Assembly (NCBI RefSeq): GCF_963921235.1
Contig: NC_086097.1
Span: 84,632,001-84,696,000 of the forward strand
Length of the DNA: 64,000 nucleotides
Direction: 5' to 3'
Source: Mobula hypostoma
Lineage: Eukaryota
The translations under genes were made by a program, and so were the position numbers. The notes beneath the pieces were generated by a model. It ran no database searches. It was not told the origin of the DNA and was given only the letters and a program-made list of their open reading frames with translations. Below, in pieces: positions 1 through 13,789 of the stretch; within the stretch, counting starts at the first letter, position 1, and the number at the start of each line of letters is the position of its first letter.

Positions 1-104
1 GCCAGCAATCCAGACTGCAGCCAGTCTCCAGCATTTCAAATCAGCCACCAGGGAAATACTGCTGGAGTGCGAGTAAAGAACGTGCTTAATGCTGCAGCTA
101 TTCA

Positions 105-960
105 CAGTCATTGAGTGGCAGAGACAGACACAGCCCTTCTGCCCATCCTTCCACTACTGCTGGCCATTGTCCTTATCGATACCAGTCCCATTTACTTACA
201 AGAGACTCGTGGCCCCCAACGCCCTAGCAATTCAAGTGCTTGTCGTAATGCTTCTTAAATTTTGTGAGGGTACTTGCCTCTGCCACCTTTATAGGCAATG
301 TGCTCCAGATTCCAATCAACATCTGTGTGAAAAAATCCCCCTCAGATCCCCTCTAAGTCTTCTACTTCTCACACTATTCCTATGCTTTCTTATTTTAAAT
401 ACTCCCACCACGGGAAAATAGATTTTTACTATCTACCCTACCTTCCTCCCCCCAACTCACCTCAGAATTTAAAGAAAGAGATGAAGATTAGCTTTATTTG
501 TTGGTTGTATATCGAAACATTAATATATACAGGGAAATGCATTGTTTACATCAAACCTAATCAGCCTGCACTTGCCAGCACGCTTCTGGCTCCAACATAG
601 CTTGCCTACAATTCACTAAACCTAGCCATTTGTCTTTGGAATGAGGGAAGAAACCAGAGGACCTCGAGGAAACCACACGATCAGTGGAGAATATACAAAC
701 TCCTTACAGACAGTGACGGTTGATTGGAGCTTGATCAGTGATGGTTGGCGCTGTAAACTGCTTAACTACAGAGTCTTTAATCTTTATGTACCTATGCCTT
801 CTTATTTTAGACACTCTCACCACAGGAAAAAGACTTCTTACCCTACCCTAACTCTCCCCATTAGAATTCTTTATACCTCTATCAAGTTGCCCCTCAGCCT
901 CCAAGACAACAAACCAAGTCTCTGCAGTCTCTCTTTACACTGAAATGCTCCTTTCCAGGC
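105..960 (-). mobile_element. Decayed CR1 LINE 3' fragment, interrupted by a SINE
   Basis: Resembles the reverse complement of other CR1 3' ends in the window; pieces at about 105-440 and 780-960. Confidence 0.55.
480..770 (-). mobile_element. tRNA-derived V-domain SINE
   Basis: Reverse complement contains the GGAGTTTGTA...GTGGTTTCCTC...GGTTTCTTCCC...TCCAAAGAC core shared with 5366-5662 and 32505-32763. Confidence 0.7.
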
Positions 961-1306
961 AGCCTCCAGGTGAATCTCATTTGCCCCACATTTCCAAGAC
1001 ATATCGGCAATTTAGATATTCTCTTGGGCAAAGACTGCAGATACAAGGACCCAACAAAAAGGGATAATTGCTTTGCATAATCTATACAAAATCAGACTTT
1101 TCAAGCCAAATCCAGGTAGGATCTCTGTCTAGCAACAGTAGCACTGAAGACACAAACAAGATCATGCAGGACTTTCAACTGACTGAATGGACTATAGCTC
1201 CAAGTGTCAATTTCCTGGGGTACAATAAAAGGATTGCCCAGAGATCACAGAGAGGAGCTTAGACCTAATGTGATTGGGTGAAATGGATCATAGCAAAATG
1301 GTATAC

Positions 1307-1809
1307 AAAATGGCCACCCTCAGGGAGGAGAAGCAACACCTTATATTCCATCTAGGTACCCTCCAATCTGATGGTATGAATATCAATTTCTCCGTCCAGT
1401 AAACCAATTCCCCCCCCTCTTCTTTTAACCCCAACTTTGACCTTTTAATTCTTCTCACCTGCCTATTACTTCCCTCTGGGACCCCTCCTCCTTCTTCCCC
1501 ATTTCCTATGGTCCACTCTCCTCTCCTATCAGATTCCTTCTTCTCCAGCCCTTGACCTTTCCCACTCATCCGGCTTCATCTATCACCTTCCAGATAGCAC
1601 CTTTCCCTCTCCTCCCCCAGCTTTTTATTCTGGCATCTTCCCCCTTCCTTCTCAGTCCTGAAGAAGTGTCTCAGCCTGAAATATCGACCATCTATTCATT
1701 TCCATAGATGCTGCCTGACCTGCTGAATTCCTCCAGCATTGCGCGTGTGTTAAAATGGTATACAAAATGGCCACCCTCAGGGTGGAGGACCTTATATTTT
1801 GTGTGTGTT
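1307..1809 (+). mobile_element. Penelope-like element (PLE) 3' fragment plus internally deleted tandem copy
   Basis: Encodes EKQHLIFHLGTLQSDGMNINFS (GIY-YIG C-terminus of PLE ORFs), then a pyrimidine tract, degenerate hammerhead (about 1653-1690) and the family tail. AAAATGGTATAC is repeated at 1295, 1752 and 1810. Confidence 0.8.
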
Positions 1810-2659
1810 AAAATGGTATACTTGCTTTATATTTCCTACAGGTTCTGTTTCTTTTAATCATGCTCTTGAGACACATTTTTATCATGTTACACTCTGACAC
1901 AGCTGAGACTGACCTTTCTGACTGGAACCATTGTGGCTGGAAATGTGGATAGTGGTGCAATAGTCTTGCAGAGATTTAGCCGTTGCCTTGATGTCCTCAG
2001 GCTGACCTGACAGGGTGACACTCAGACAGTCAGATTGATGGATGAAAGCAGGAAATGAGGCTGACAAGCTGAAAATTGGATTCCAACACCAAGCCACTGG
2101 GAACAGCGCAAGATTCCTGGCCCCATATAAAGGTGATAAATTGCGGGTGGGATGTGGAAATAGTTGATTAAAAAGCTGCCAAACCATGAGTAATTAAACG
2201 GTAAACAAGTCTGATAGTTCTCAAATGACAGACCACTCTGTTTACACCAGAACATTTTGTGGTTGGGCTCCATGTTAAGTTTAAAGAATGACGGAGTCAC
2301 GACAGAAGATTTCCTGCAGTACGTAAATGCCTCATGCCTCAGATGCTGCCTTCTTGTGAGGGACGGTCCTTCTCACCACCTTTTTGGAAAACTGCTCTTT
2401 TGTGAGTTCTTGACCTCTGCAGCAATGTGGTTTAACACCAGGAGATCCTAGTGAAACACGGATTGGGTATCAGTACATAGGTTATTGCTGAGTTACTGTC
2501 ACTTTACAGCACCACTGATAACCTCTGCTTATTCTCTGTCACTTTCCTTATGATGGAATATGCTGATGGGGTGATATTAGCTGGACTGCATTTTTTTTAA
2601 CGTTTTTGTTTTTTATTCTCTCTCACCATCTGCCACACACCCAGTTTGACAACTACAGG

Positions 2660-3350
2660 TATGTCCGTCGTCTCCTGGCCGCCAGATATCCTTGATGATG
2701 GACTCACCTACAGCACATTCTGTGCCCTAGTAACACCGAGTGTTTCTTCTAACCAATGGAGGAGGCAGCTGGTAATCAGCAGGATGTTTCCTTGTGCACG
2801 ACTGTTTTGCTGGTGGAGCACGTACGCAGTCGAGAGCCAATTTTTGACCTTCCTAATCCAAGTGCATCCCCAAGTGTGTAGCCTCTTGCCACCATGTCTG
2901 ATGGGTCTAACCAGCAAATGGATGTGATAGATGCTGAAGAGGGAATAGTGGGCTTGTTGGACCAGAACAGCCTGTTACCTTGTTCATCATCATTACGTGC
3001 TGTGTTGCATTACATCGCCGATCACGATCATGAACGTTCTTGGCAATTTTTCCTACAGAAGTGGTTTGCCATTGCATTCTTCTGGGCAGAACCTTTACAA
3101 GACGTGTGACCTGAGCCATTATCAATACATTTCAGAGACTGTCGACCTGGTGTCAATGGTCGCATTACCTGGACTTGTGATATGCACCAGATGTTCATAC
3201 CACCATCCACCACCTGCTCCTATGGCTTCATGTGACCCTGATCGGGGGGCTAGGCAGGCGCTACGCCATGCCCAAGGGTGATGTCCAAGGCAGCGGAAGG
3301 AAGGAGTGCCTTGTACCCCCTTTATTAGAGACTTATCTACACCCCGCCAC
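2660..3350 (-). mobile_element. RTE-clade-derived non-autonomous fragments (about 2660-2915 and 2984-3350)
   Basis: Minus strand of 2984-3350 has ATGGCAAACCACTTC (RTE/BovB-like UTR motif) and ends in a (TGA)n tail. The 2660-2915 piece is less certain. Confidence 0.6.
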
Positions 3351-4054
3351 TCTCTAAATAAAAAAATATATACACAAATATTGGGCTGAAAGAACATTAC
3401 GATTCTGTGAACACAATAGTGTCGATCTGCAGGCAAGGCTCTGCAAATATCTGCACCAGTCTACAGATATTAGGGAGGTGTATGTCATACACTTGCAATA
3501 AAAGGGATGAGGCTAGGCGTGTCACTGGTTTAGTCAAATCTGGTGACTAGGTCAAGGCTTGATGGTCCTTGTTTTTTCTCACTATGTTTTGACATTGGCA
3601 AGGATATCTGCATGAACCATCCTTGAAACAAACCTGGTAAATTATAGCCAACTTTTGTGGTGGTCTGAAGCACACCAATAGCTGGGTTAAGTCTACCAAA
3701 ACACATTTCACTTCAGATCTTCAAGAGTTGATTTTTGATCCATTAATCATAGAATTATTCCAGTTATGCAAGATGGAAGGATCTTGAAGAGCTCTAGTAT
3801 TCTCATTCCAGATGGAAAGTATTAATTTGTCTCTTTTATTTTAACATCTTCTGTAATCTCACTTTCTGATGACCAGGACCATTGAGGAGGATGGGGAGGT
3901 GGGTGGGGTGGATATGGAGAGAAGCTGAGTGACCGGAACATTGGCCCCTACTCGCTAAGAATTACTAAGCACTTTCAGGACAAATACAGAAGTGCAGAAT
4001 GCATGTGCATTGAGCATGCCAAATCGTGCAGGTTTACATTGCTGAAGAGGCTTT

Positions 4055-4365
4055 TGTTACCAGACGCTCCCAACCGCACTAGCTTCCAGGACTTAGAAGC
4101 CCTAATTCTCCAGAGTATGGATAGCTGGCATGGCCCCTATAAGGGTTCAGGACGGTCCACCTAATTGGCAATCATGTCTTGGGCACCAAGAATTGAGTAT
4201 GTAAAGAGTACCTGGACTGAGGTTCGGAGCTCAATCGTAAGTTCTACTAGTGATATCATCTAGCGTTTGTTTTGTGCTCAGATCCAGTTTGATATCGTGT
4301 CTCGATCCTTGCTTCGGATACTCCATCCTTGTCAAGGTCTCTGGTCACAGGTCTTGCTGCCCATC
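4055..4365. mobile_element. Possible solo LTR
   Basis: Starts TGTTAC, ends CATCA, with LTR-like internal motifs; no TSD seen. Confidence 0.3.
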
Positions 4366-4379
4366 AATTACTCACAAAG

Positions 4380-4575
4380 TCAGAAAATACTGGAAATGCT
4401 CAGCAGTTCGGCCTGCATCTGTAGAAAGTGAAACAGTGTTAATATTTTAGGCAAGTCTGAGATTTTTCATCTGGAAGGATTTTAGATATTAAGTGCTAAT
4501 TCCTCTTGACTTTCCACAGATGCTGACTAACCAGGATGAATATTTCCAGAATTTTCTATTTTTATTTCAGCATCT
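4380..4575. repeat. Old PLE-derived foldback (inverted) repeat
   Basis: AGAAAATACTGGAAATGCTCAGC...GCATCTGTAGAAAG pairs with CTTTCCACAGATGC...TATTTCCAGAATTTTCT. Confidence 0.65.
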
Positions 4576-5365
4576 GCAGTACTTCTGACGTTCAGTCACT
4601 AATAATTCACTGGGCTTCTCGGAGGATAGAACCTGGTGCCCGTCCTGACATCCAGGCAAAGAAACATGTTCAGGATGCTGAGGTGAGATCTGGTGCTGGT
4701 TACCTAAGCTCTAGCATTTTGCTCAGCTGCGCTGGCCTTAGCAAAGTTCTCATTGATTGGGGCTGATCAACAAGATGGGATTGTGGAAGCTGTTGTTGAG
4801 CTAAGGAGAAAGAGAAGAATGGAGAAAAGCACACAGACAGAAATGGGAAGAAAAGTCATGCAGAAGAGAGAATGCCAGAGAGGGTGCCACACAGTGTGAG
4901 CTTTGTTCTGGCCTATTAGATCACTTTCTTGCAGCTTCCAAGGGATTTATAACACCTGGAATTCATTTCTTAGAAAGTTGGCAATGGATCTTCTGTTGCC
5001 ACCTTTAATCATAGGGTCATAAAATAATACCGCAAGGAAATACGACTGGTTCATGAGAACCGCAGCATTCTCCCTGCTAGTCCTAGTTGCACATTTGACC
5101 CATAACCCTCCCAGCCCCTCCCTCCATGTACAGTACCTATCCAAACGCCTCTTAAGAGTTATAATTGTACCCTGCTTGACCACTTCCACTGGCAGCTCAT
5201 TCCAGGTACTCACTACCCTCTATGTAAAGTTACCCCCCAGGACTCGTTTAAGTCTTGCCCCTCTTGCCTTGTATCTGTGCTGTCTGGTTTTGGGTTTCTC
5301 AGCCCAGGGGAAAACCATCCACCTTATCCATGATTTTATAAACTTCTATGAGGTAAACCTCTTCA

Positions 5366-5662
5366 GGTAGCATTGTAGTTAGCGTGATGCTTTTGCAGCT
5401 CAGGGTGTCAGAATTTGGAGTTCAATCCCGGCATCGTCTGTAAGGAGTTTGTACATCCTCCCCATGGACTGCGTGGGATTTTCCTGGCTGCTTTGGTTTT
5501 CTCCCACAGTCCAAGGATGTACCAGGTAGGTTAATTGGTTATTATAAATTGTCCTGTGATTGGATAGGGTTAAATTATGGTTGTCGGGGGTAGCTGGAAG
5601 GTGTGGCTCGAAGGGCCAGAAGGGCCTATTCTTCTCTGCGTCTCTAAATAAAATAGAGTAAA
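5366..5662 (+). mobile_element. tRNA-derived V-domain SINE with CR1-like tail
   Basis: B-box-like GTTCAATCC, V-domain core, 3' end GGGCCAGAAGGGCCT...TCTCTAAATAAAATA. Confidence 0.8.
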
Positions 5663-7344
5663 TAAAATTTTCCTGTGCTCTTGGGAATAAAATCCAGCTG
5701 GCCGACTTCTCCCCATTATCCCTATTATAACCTTATCATTTGTTAATTTATTAGAGGTAATATTACTTTGTGTGTTATGTGTGTGAGTTATAGGTACCAT
5801 GTTGTGCACCTTGGTCTAAAGGAATGTTGTTTTATTTGCTGATATACATGTATATGGTTGAATGACAATATTTATTATTGAACTTGAAGTCAAACTCTGG
5901 TACTCTAGCCTGGGCAGCATCTACGTAAATTTCTTCTGCTCCATCTCTAGCTTGACAATACCTTTCCTATAGCAGGGTGACCAAAACTGTATACAGGACT
6001 CAAAGTGTATCCTCACCAACAAGTTAAGTAACTGCAAAACAACATCTCTATTCCAACCTAGTGCCCTGACAGATGAAGGTCAGCATACTAAATTCCTTCT
6101 TCACCTTGCCTACCTGTGTGGCAGCTTTCAGCAATCTGTGCACTTGTACTCCTATTTCCCTCTGTTCCAGAACATTTGTCAGTGCCCTGCCCTTCACCGT
6201 ATAAGTCCTACCCTGGTTTGACTGTCTAAAGTGTGTCACACTTATCTAAGTTGAAATCTATTTTCTCTTCTTCAGCCCATCTCCTTAACTGATCAAGATC
6301 TCTCTGCAATTTATTGTAATCTGCTTCACTATCAACAAGACCCACTAATTTAGAATCATCAACATACATGCTAATTGTGCATTGTATATTTATATCCAAA
6401 TCATTTACATAAGTAATGAATAACGAGGTTCCAAAACTGACCACTGGGGCACCCTACTAGACACTGAAAAGTGACTTTCAAATATCGTACTCTTCTTCCT
6501 ATCAATGAGCCAGTTCTGAATCCACCTCTCTAGTAACCCCTGGAATCCCATGCAGCCTAATCTTCCAGAGTAGCCTGCCATGCAGCATCTTGTCAAAAGC
6601 TTTATTAAAGTTCATGTAGACAACATCTACTGCTCTATCTTCACTGTCTCTCTAAGCTACCTTTTCAAAACTCCAAAACATTCATCAGACATGATCACCC
6701 ATGTACAAAACCATGCTGATAATTTAGGATCGTCCTTGACAATTTATGTGAAGGTAGATCTGGTTCCTCAGAATTCCTTCTAGTGACTTTCCTACAATCA
6801 AATTCAAGCTCACTTATAGTTCCTGGCTTGCCCTTGCTACCCTTCTTGAGCAATGGGACAACATTAGCCACCCTCCAATCTTCTGGAACTTAATTAGTAG
6901 TTAACAATGAAACAAATATCTCTATGAGAGACTCTACCATTTCTTCTCTAGCCTCTCATAAGGTATGGGGTGTGTAATTGGTTAGGCTGTGGGGATTTGT
7001 CACTTTAATGCATTTCGAAGTTGAAAATACTTCTTTCCTTGTAATATGCACATGATCCAAGACCCCATTACTTAGTACCCTTACTTCTTTGGCATCCTTA
7101 GTAAACAACAAGGAGAAATAGATAATAAAATTTTCAATTCTCTCCAATCGCTTCACACATCAGTGGGCCTGATGGTCTTTAAGACAATCTAGTCTCTCCC
7201 TAGTCACTCTTTTATGTTAGTATTACTGAGGAATCTCGGTCTTATTTTTTAACCCTTCCTGCCAAATCTATCTTATAGCCTCTTTGAGTCCTCCTAATTA
7301 CCCTTTTAAGCCTAGTCTTAAACTTTTAATATTCTGAATTGATT

Positions 7345-8285
7345 TTATTGAATTGAATTGACTTTATTTCTTATATCCTTCACATACGAGGAGTAAAAAT
7401 CTTTACGTTATGTCTCCATCTGAATGTGCAATGAGCAATTTATAGTAATTTGTAATAAACAGTATGTACAAAAGAACAGTCAATATAGCTTAAAAATACA
7501 ATTGTGTCAGCATGAATTAAGCAGTCTGATGGCCTGGTAGAAGAAGCTGTCCTGGAGTCTGTTGCTCCTGGCTTTCATGCTGCAGTACCGCTTCCCGGAT
7601 GGTAGCAGCTGGGACAAGTTGTGGTTGAGGTGACACGGGTCTCCAATGATCCTTTTGGGCCCTTTTTACACACCCGTCACTGTAAATGTCCTGAATAGTG
7701 GGAAGTTCATATCCACCCATGTGCTGGGCTGTCCCTGCGATTGAGGGAGGTACAGTTCCCATACTAAGCAGTGATACAACCAGTCTCAATTGTGCCCCTG
7801 TAGAAAATCCTTAGGATTTGGCGACTCAGGCCAAACTTCTTCAACCATTTTGATGTATAAGAGGCGCTGTTGTGATTTTTTCACCACACAGCTGGTATGT
7901 ACAGACCACGTGAGGTACTCAGTGATGTGTATACTGAGGAACTTAAAGCTGTTCATCCTCTCAACCCCAGATTGATTGATGTCAATAGGGACTAGCCTGT
8001 CTCCATTCCTCCTGTAGTCCACAACCTTTGTTTTTGTGATATTGAGGGAGAGGTTGTTTTCTTGACACCACTGTGTTAGGGTGATGACTTCTTCTCTGTA
8101 GGCTGCCTCATTATTATTTGAGATAAAGCCAATCAATGTAGTATTACCTGCAAATTTAATCAGCAGATTGGAGCTGTGGGTGGTGACACAGTCATGGGTA
8201 TAGAGAGTAAAGGAAGGGGCTTAGGGCACAGCCCTGAGGGGCTGCTGTGTTGAGGGTCAGAGGTGAGGATCCCACTCTTACCACC
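7345..8285 (-). mobile_element. Rex1/Babar LINE 3' fragment
   Basis: ORF 7786-8136 AYREEVITLTQWCQENNLSLNITKTK...FKFL...KKSQQRL is the Rex1-type RT C-terminal region; (TCAAT)n tail. Confidence 0.85.
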
Positions 8286-10939
8286 ATTTAGTGAGGGACT
8301 CACTCGTACCCAATGTATGCTTCATTCTTTTTCTTTACCAAAATTTTGATATATCTTGTCAGCCAGGATTCACTGAACTTGGTAAGTCCACCCTTCACCC
8401 GACCAAGAACAATCTGCCCCTGGACTCTTGACATGACCATTTTAAAAGCCTCCCTATTGCCAACCATTCCTTTGCCTTTAAATAGAGTCATCCAGTAGAT
8501 CCCAGCTGGTTTCTGCCTAATGCCTTCAAAGTAGTCCCTGCTCCAGTTCAGGACTTTTGCCTGTGGGACCTTTTCTATTTTAAAACCAATAGAATTGAGG
8601 ACACTGGACCAAAGTGCTCCCCAACTGCACTCCCCAACTTGACCACTTCATTCACAACAGATCTGGTATTTCTCCTTCCTGAGTGGTTCCTTTATACATC
8701 GTGTGAGGAAACTGTCTCGGACACACTGCAGAAATTGCATCCTGTCCAAGCCCTTTGGACTCTTGGTGGCCCAGCTGAAAGCAGAAAAATTGAAATCTCC
8801 CACAAGCATTACCTTCTCATTCCCACAACCACCTGCAATTTCTCCACACATCTGCTCTTTAAGTTCCCATTTTTCTGTCTTTTGAAAGTTGTTCTTGTAC
8901 CTCTTCTTCTATTGGCTGATTTCATATTTTAAAAGTTGCCCTCAAGTTCCTCTTAATTCCTTCCCCTTCCACCTTAAACTTGTGCCCTCTAGTTCTTGGT
9001 TCCCCATCTGTTCCCCTCCTGATTTTATAGATCAATTGTTTTTGTGCCAAAGGCTGACCATTTTGCTGTGTGAAGCAGTTTCAGTTGCTAACACGACAAT
9101 GTTGACAAATTAACATCATTTCTTCCCCCTCTGTGTCCACTTCTGTGGTCAACAGGAGTTGCTTTGCTGTTTTTCACCTTTGATGTCTTTTCAGCTGAAA
9201 CAGAGTGTTTGCAACTGTTTACCAGTTTCAAGAGAGGTGGATGGAGTTAAAGTGGATCAAAAATTCACATTCATGCTTTGGTATTTTTGAAAGGTCAGTG
9301 AACAAAGAATTTAACATTGATCTGAAATACTATATTTAAGTGCATAGCAAAATGATGCAAGAGTATATATTTGTATGACCCACTGGCCTAGAAATTACTC
9401 CATGTTGAATTTGTGGCATTTAAACATTGTATTGATAGAAACACTTTGTGTGTGGAAATCATATTATGAGCTATAACTTCAATTAAGAAATTAATAGTAT
9501 GGTGTTGCTGAGTTTCTCCTGTGTAACTCTGTAGTGAAACTGTCATTTTTGGTTTTAGAACAGTATTCCCAATGGACTTGTTGCAAATTCTTACAACTGT
9601 CAGCATGTCGCACTTCAGAAACAACCTTTGCCACTGGTGCTTAAGTGGGACACATCACAGTACAAACAACAGTCATTCAAAAACTGCATTCATGTACTTA
9701 AAACAACACTATCTCAATCATAAGGGAACAATTGCCATTGGATCTATGGAAGCTGCAATGACGGAAGTTTTGGGAGAGAGTGCAAAACAACACTTGAAAG
9801 AGTCATGTTCCTTGTGCAATGGGATTTTAGATACTCTTCAGTGCTAAATCCAAGCATTTGTGACAGGAAGTTACATGAACTGTTCAACTGGCCCCTTTCT
9901 GCTCACTCTCTCCCATAACAGTGGTATCCACTTCCCAAGAGATGAAAATGCAATACTTGTAAAAACGTGGGCACAATTTCTGAATGCCTACAAACTGGGG
10001 AGACCTGCAATGCTTTCTGCAGCGGGCTGAAGGAAAAGTAGATCGGGTATGGGGTTGGAAGACTTCTCAAATGCAACGGTGTCCAGCAAGCTGAGATGTT
10101 GTAGACATTAGTGGCTGTACCTTGGAATGATCCTCGATCTAGGACACTGAGAGAGATCTCCACAGACATGGTATCCCTATACGCAAAGTGGCTGTGTTTG
10201 GAGACACTGGATTGATTTGAGTGATTTTCCTTGATAACACTTTGTCACAGAGGAAATAAGGCTAGTAGGGACTAGTTTCGTAACTCAGAACTGTTTTTCA
10301 GTGCACTGCAGATGAAATTTATGTGTTGCGTCTTTGTTGCCATCATTCAGGGGAAGAATGAAAACCCTTCCAAAGTGGGGAGACAAATTTCCCAACATGC
10401 ATAATAACACACAAGGTGCACAAAATTACTTGACTCCAAACTGAGCCCACTTTCAACATCACCCACTTTTGTTTTTCTTTCAGAGTTGTGTGAATGAAGT
10501 CAGGTTCAGTATGCTTGAACTCAAGGATATCTGAGATTTGACCTCTGGACTATAACATTACAAAGAGTTGACTAGAATTGTTTAGGTTGTCAGGCCCAGT
10601 TGAACAATGAAGGAAGAGGGAAATATCTTTCTAAGGAGGAACACAGAAGCTGCCATTATGAATTGCTGGCTAGCTGTATCACACACAGTGCTCAGTGTTT
10701 CAATCCAGTGGAGAGAAAATAATATTTCTTTCTACAAAATAATTGCAGGAATAATTGTTCAAACACCCTTCCCGCTGGTGTGAAGACTTTGAATGGGGCT
10801 AAGTCTAACTCACAGACCATTGCCCAAAGTGATTATTATGCAAGGTAAAGCCTCCTGTGTAATGACACCACGTTGACTTGGGCACCATCCTTGGCTAATG
10901 AAACTCTTTTTTTGCTTACCGCAATGGTCAGATCAGGCA

Positions 10940-11030
10940 GATAGCACCATTCAAAGAAAAGCAGGAAATTCTCCCTCCTGCTCACTTCCTCCATTAACCA
11001 ATCCGAAAGAAAACAACTTGATTATTTGAT
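10940..11030 (+). mobile_element. Ancient Deu-domain SINE remnant (similar remnants about 30065-30190 minus, 43750-43950 plus, 57950-58170 minus)
   Basis: CACCATTCAAAGAAAAGCAGGAAATTCTCCC resembles the Deu-domain core as I recall it; highly diverged. Confidence 0.4.
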
Positions 11031-11039
11031 CATAAAGCC

Positions 11040-11325
11040 AAAAAAAAATCCAGAAACACTCATTAGGTCAAGTAGCATTGGCAGGAAAAGAACCAGTTAA
11101 TGTTTGAAATCCAGGACCCTTCGTCAGTGAAGCCTGCAATATCTATGTTCACTCCACCTTCTACTATGGCCTGATGGAAAGTAGATGAAGTTTCTTTTCC
11201 TTGAACCACCTCCCCAATAAAACAGTGACAGGTGAGGCACTTTGGTCCTGAAATGTTAACTGTTTCTCTTTCCACAGTTGTTGCCTGACTTGCTGAGTAC
11301 TTCCAATATTTTCTGCTTTTATTTC
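11040..11325. repeat. PLE-derived foldback repeat
   Basis: Left arm is the reverse-complement family tail including CCCTTCGTCAG (reverse complement of CTGACGAAGGG); right arm is the same tail in + orientation. Confidence 0.65.
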
Positions 11326-11739
11326 CAACTCTCAATAAATTCAGTTTTTGTAATTAGTTGTTGAGATGCCATTCACAGTAAAACATTTGTAAAGAAAAAA
11401 GACAATATACTCAATTCATGTAAACTTAATCTTCAAGACTTCAGCAAAAAAACACAAATCAAAAGAAGATATTTCTTAGGAGATTGGACAGCTGAAACAA
11501 GCACAATTTCCTCATTGCACCAATACCATTTTTATAAGCTTGCTACAATTTTCATACTTATCCTGCCCCATGCTCAAAGCAAACTTTCATCTCACCTAAC
11601 TGACGAAATCCTTTCCCTTGCTGAACATTGCTTAAATATTAGAATGCACTTTTAGACTTCACACTATGTTGGAATTTCCAGATCATGCACGAGTTATTTT
11701 TATTTTACCACACTGCCATCTACAGCTTGTGTGTGATAG

Positions 11740-12080
11740 AGCAGCTTATGGAGTCACAACATCATTGAGAGATACAACATGGAAACATACCCTCTTGCCC
11801 ATTGAGTCTGCTTCAGCCATCAGTCATCCATTTATACTAATCCTACATTAATCTCATACTCTTTATTCTCCCTATGTTCTCTTCATCTGCTTCTGGATTC
11901 GATCACTCACCTACACACGAGGGCAATTTAACCTACCAACCCATGTGTCTTTAATACGCCTGAGAAAGCTGGAACATTCAGAGGAAATCCATGCAGTCAC
12001 AGGGAGAAGATACGAACTCCATACAAGTATCACCCGAGCTCTGGATTATACCCGGTTCCCTCGCTCTACTAGTTGTGCCA
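11740..12080 (-). mobile_element. V-domain SINE (old); similar copy about 54260-54600 minus
   Basis: GAGGAAATCCATGCAGTCACAGGGAGAAGATACGAACTCC is the reverse-complement V core. Confidence 0.65.
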
Positions 12081-12294
12081 TTTATTAAAAGTTAATGAGG
12101 CCAGAGCATCGCTTTAGCACTGGCTCTGATAACGAGATCGTCGGAATTCCGTTTCACCGTGAAATGAAACTGACAGCTGCTTTAGGGTTACTGCAATGAA
12201 CAACTTGATGCAGGAAGCCTAAATTTGTTCCAAGCTTTTTGGTACACTCTCCACAGACTGTTGTTTACAACCGATAAATACACATGACATATAT

Positions 12295-13780
12295 ACAGAA
12301 AGTTGCTGGAAAAGGGCCAACAATATTATGGAGGATCCCACCCACCCTGCTCATGGACTGTTTGCTCCACTCCCATCAGGGAGGAGGATATATAGTATCC
12401 ACACCAGGACCACCAGTCTCAAATGCAGTTACCTTCCTGAAGCAGTAAGGTTGATCAACACCTCCACCCACTAACCCACCCCACCACCGCCACTTTATTA
12501 TTTCCTGTCAGAGTACCTTATGTATGGACACTCCTGTACCCAGTATCACTTTATGGACATACAATCAATCTATGTATATAAGCTAGCTTATGCATTTATA
12601 CTTACTGTGTTTGTTTATCTTATTGTGTATTTGGGCTGCATTGGATCCAAAGTAAAAATTATTTCATTCTCCTGTACATGTGTACTGGAAATTACATAAA
12701 ACAAGAATACTGAATCATTAACATAATCAAAGGACACCCCTTTTTTTGCTGCACCCCTCAGGGAGGAGGTACAGGAGCCTGAAGACACATACTCAATGTT
12801 TTAGGAATGGCTTATTCTCCTTTGTCATCAGATTTCTGAACAAGAAAGGAAGTTCACAAAAATTATTCTGGGATTGAAAGGCTTGTCATATGAAGAACGG
12901 TTGATAGTTCTGGGCCTCTACTCACTGGAATTCAGAAAAATGAGGGGGATTTCATTGAAAACTATCAAACGTTAAAAGGTATCGATAGAGTTAATGTCGA
13001 GAGAATGTTTCCTATGGTAGGGGAATTTAAGACTGGAGGACACAGCCTCAGAATACAGAGGTTTCCTTTTAGAATGGAGATGAGGAGGAATTTCTTTAGT
13101 CAGGAGGTGGTGAATCTGTGGAATTCATTGCCACAGGCAGCTGTGGAGGCCAAGTTAGTGGGTATATTTAAGGCAGAGGTTGGGTAGATTCTTGATTAGT
13201 CAGGGCACGAGGGGGTACAGAGAGAAGGCAGGAGATTGGGGCTCAGAGGGAAAATGGATCAGCCATGTTAAAATGGCGGAGCAGACTTGATAGGCCAAAT
13301 GGCCTAATTCTGCTCCTACATCTTATGTACCTGTGAACCCTACCATGTTATTTTCCTTTGGACTATTTATTTATTCTTGTAACTTAATTTTATGTTTTGC
13401 ACTAATTGCAGCCACAAAGCAACGTAATGAGAGTACATAATAAGAATAAGTATCAATGTCGACATATATTGATTGGCTGCATCACGGCCTGGTATGGAAA
13501 CACCAATACCTCGAATGGACAATCCTACAAAAATCAGTGGATACGGCCCAGTCCATCACGGGTAAAGCCCTCCCCACCATTGAGCACATCTACTCAAACC
13601 ATTGTCACAGGAAAGCAGCAACCATCACCTGGGACCCCCAACACCCAGGTCATGCTCCCCTCCCACTGCTGCTGTCAGGAAGAAGTTACAGGGACCTCAG
13701 GACTCACACCACCAGGTTCAGGAACAGTTATTACCCCTCAGCCATCAGGCTGTTGAACAAGAAGGAATAACAACACTCAA
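12295..13780 (+). mobile_element. Cluster of Rex1/Babar 3' fragments with a nested CR1 3' fragment (about 12845-13330)
   Basis: Peptides HPGHAPLPLLLSGRSYRDLRTHTTRFRNSYYPSAIRLLN (Rex C-terminus) and RRNFFSQEVVNLWNSLP (CR1 C-terminus). Confidence 0.8.
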
Positions 13781-13789
13781 ATGGTTCAA

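Larger units (their letters stand above)
5005..8880 (-). mobile_element. Decayed CR1 LINE (endonuclease to 3' end) with nested SINE and Rex element
   Basis: Minus-strand peptides VMLVGDFNF (APE endonuclease), YVDDSKL (RT), WNELPVEVV (C-terminus); many stops and frameshifts. Confidence 0.85.

Noticed and set aside
9388..10169. Short ORFs in unique sequence
   Set aside because: No recognisable domain or convincing splice signals.
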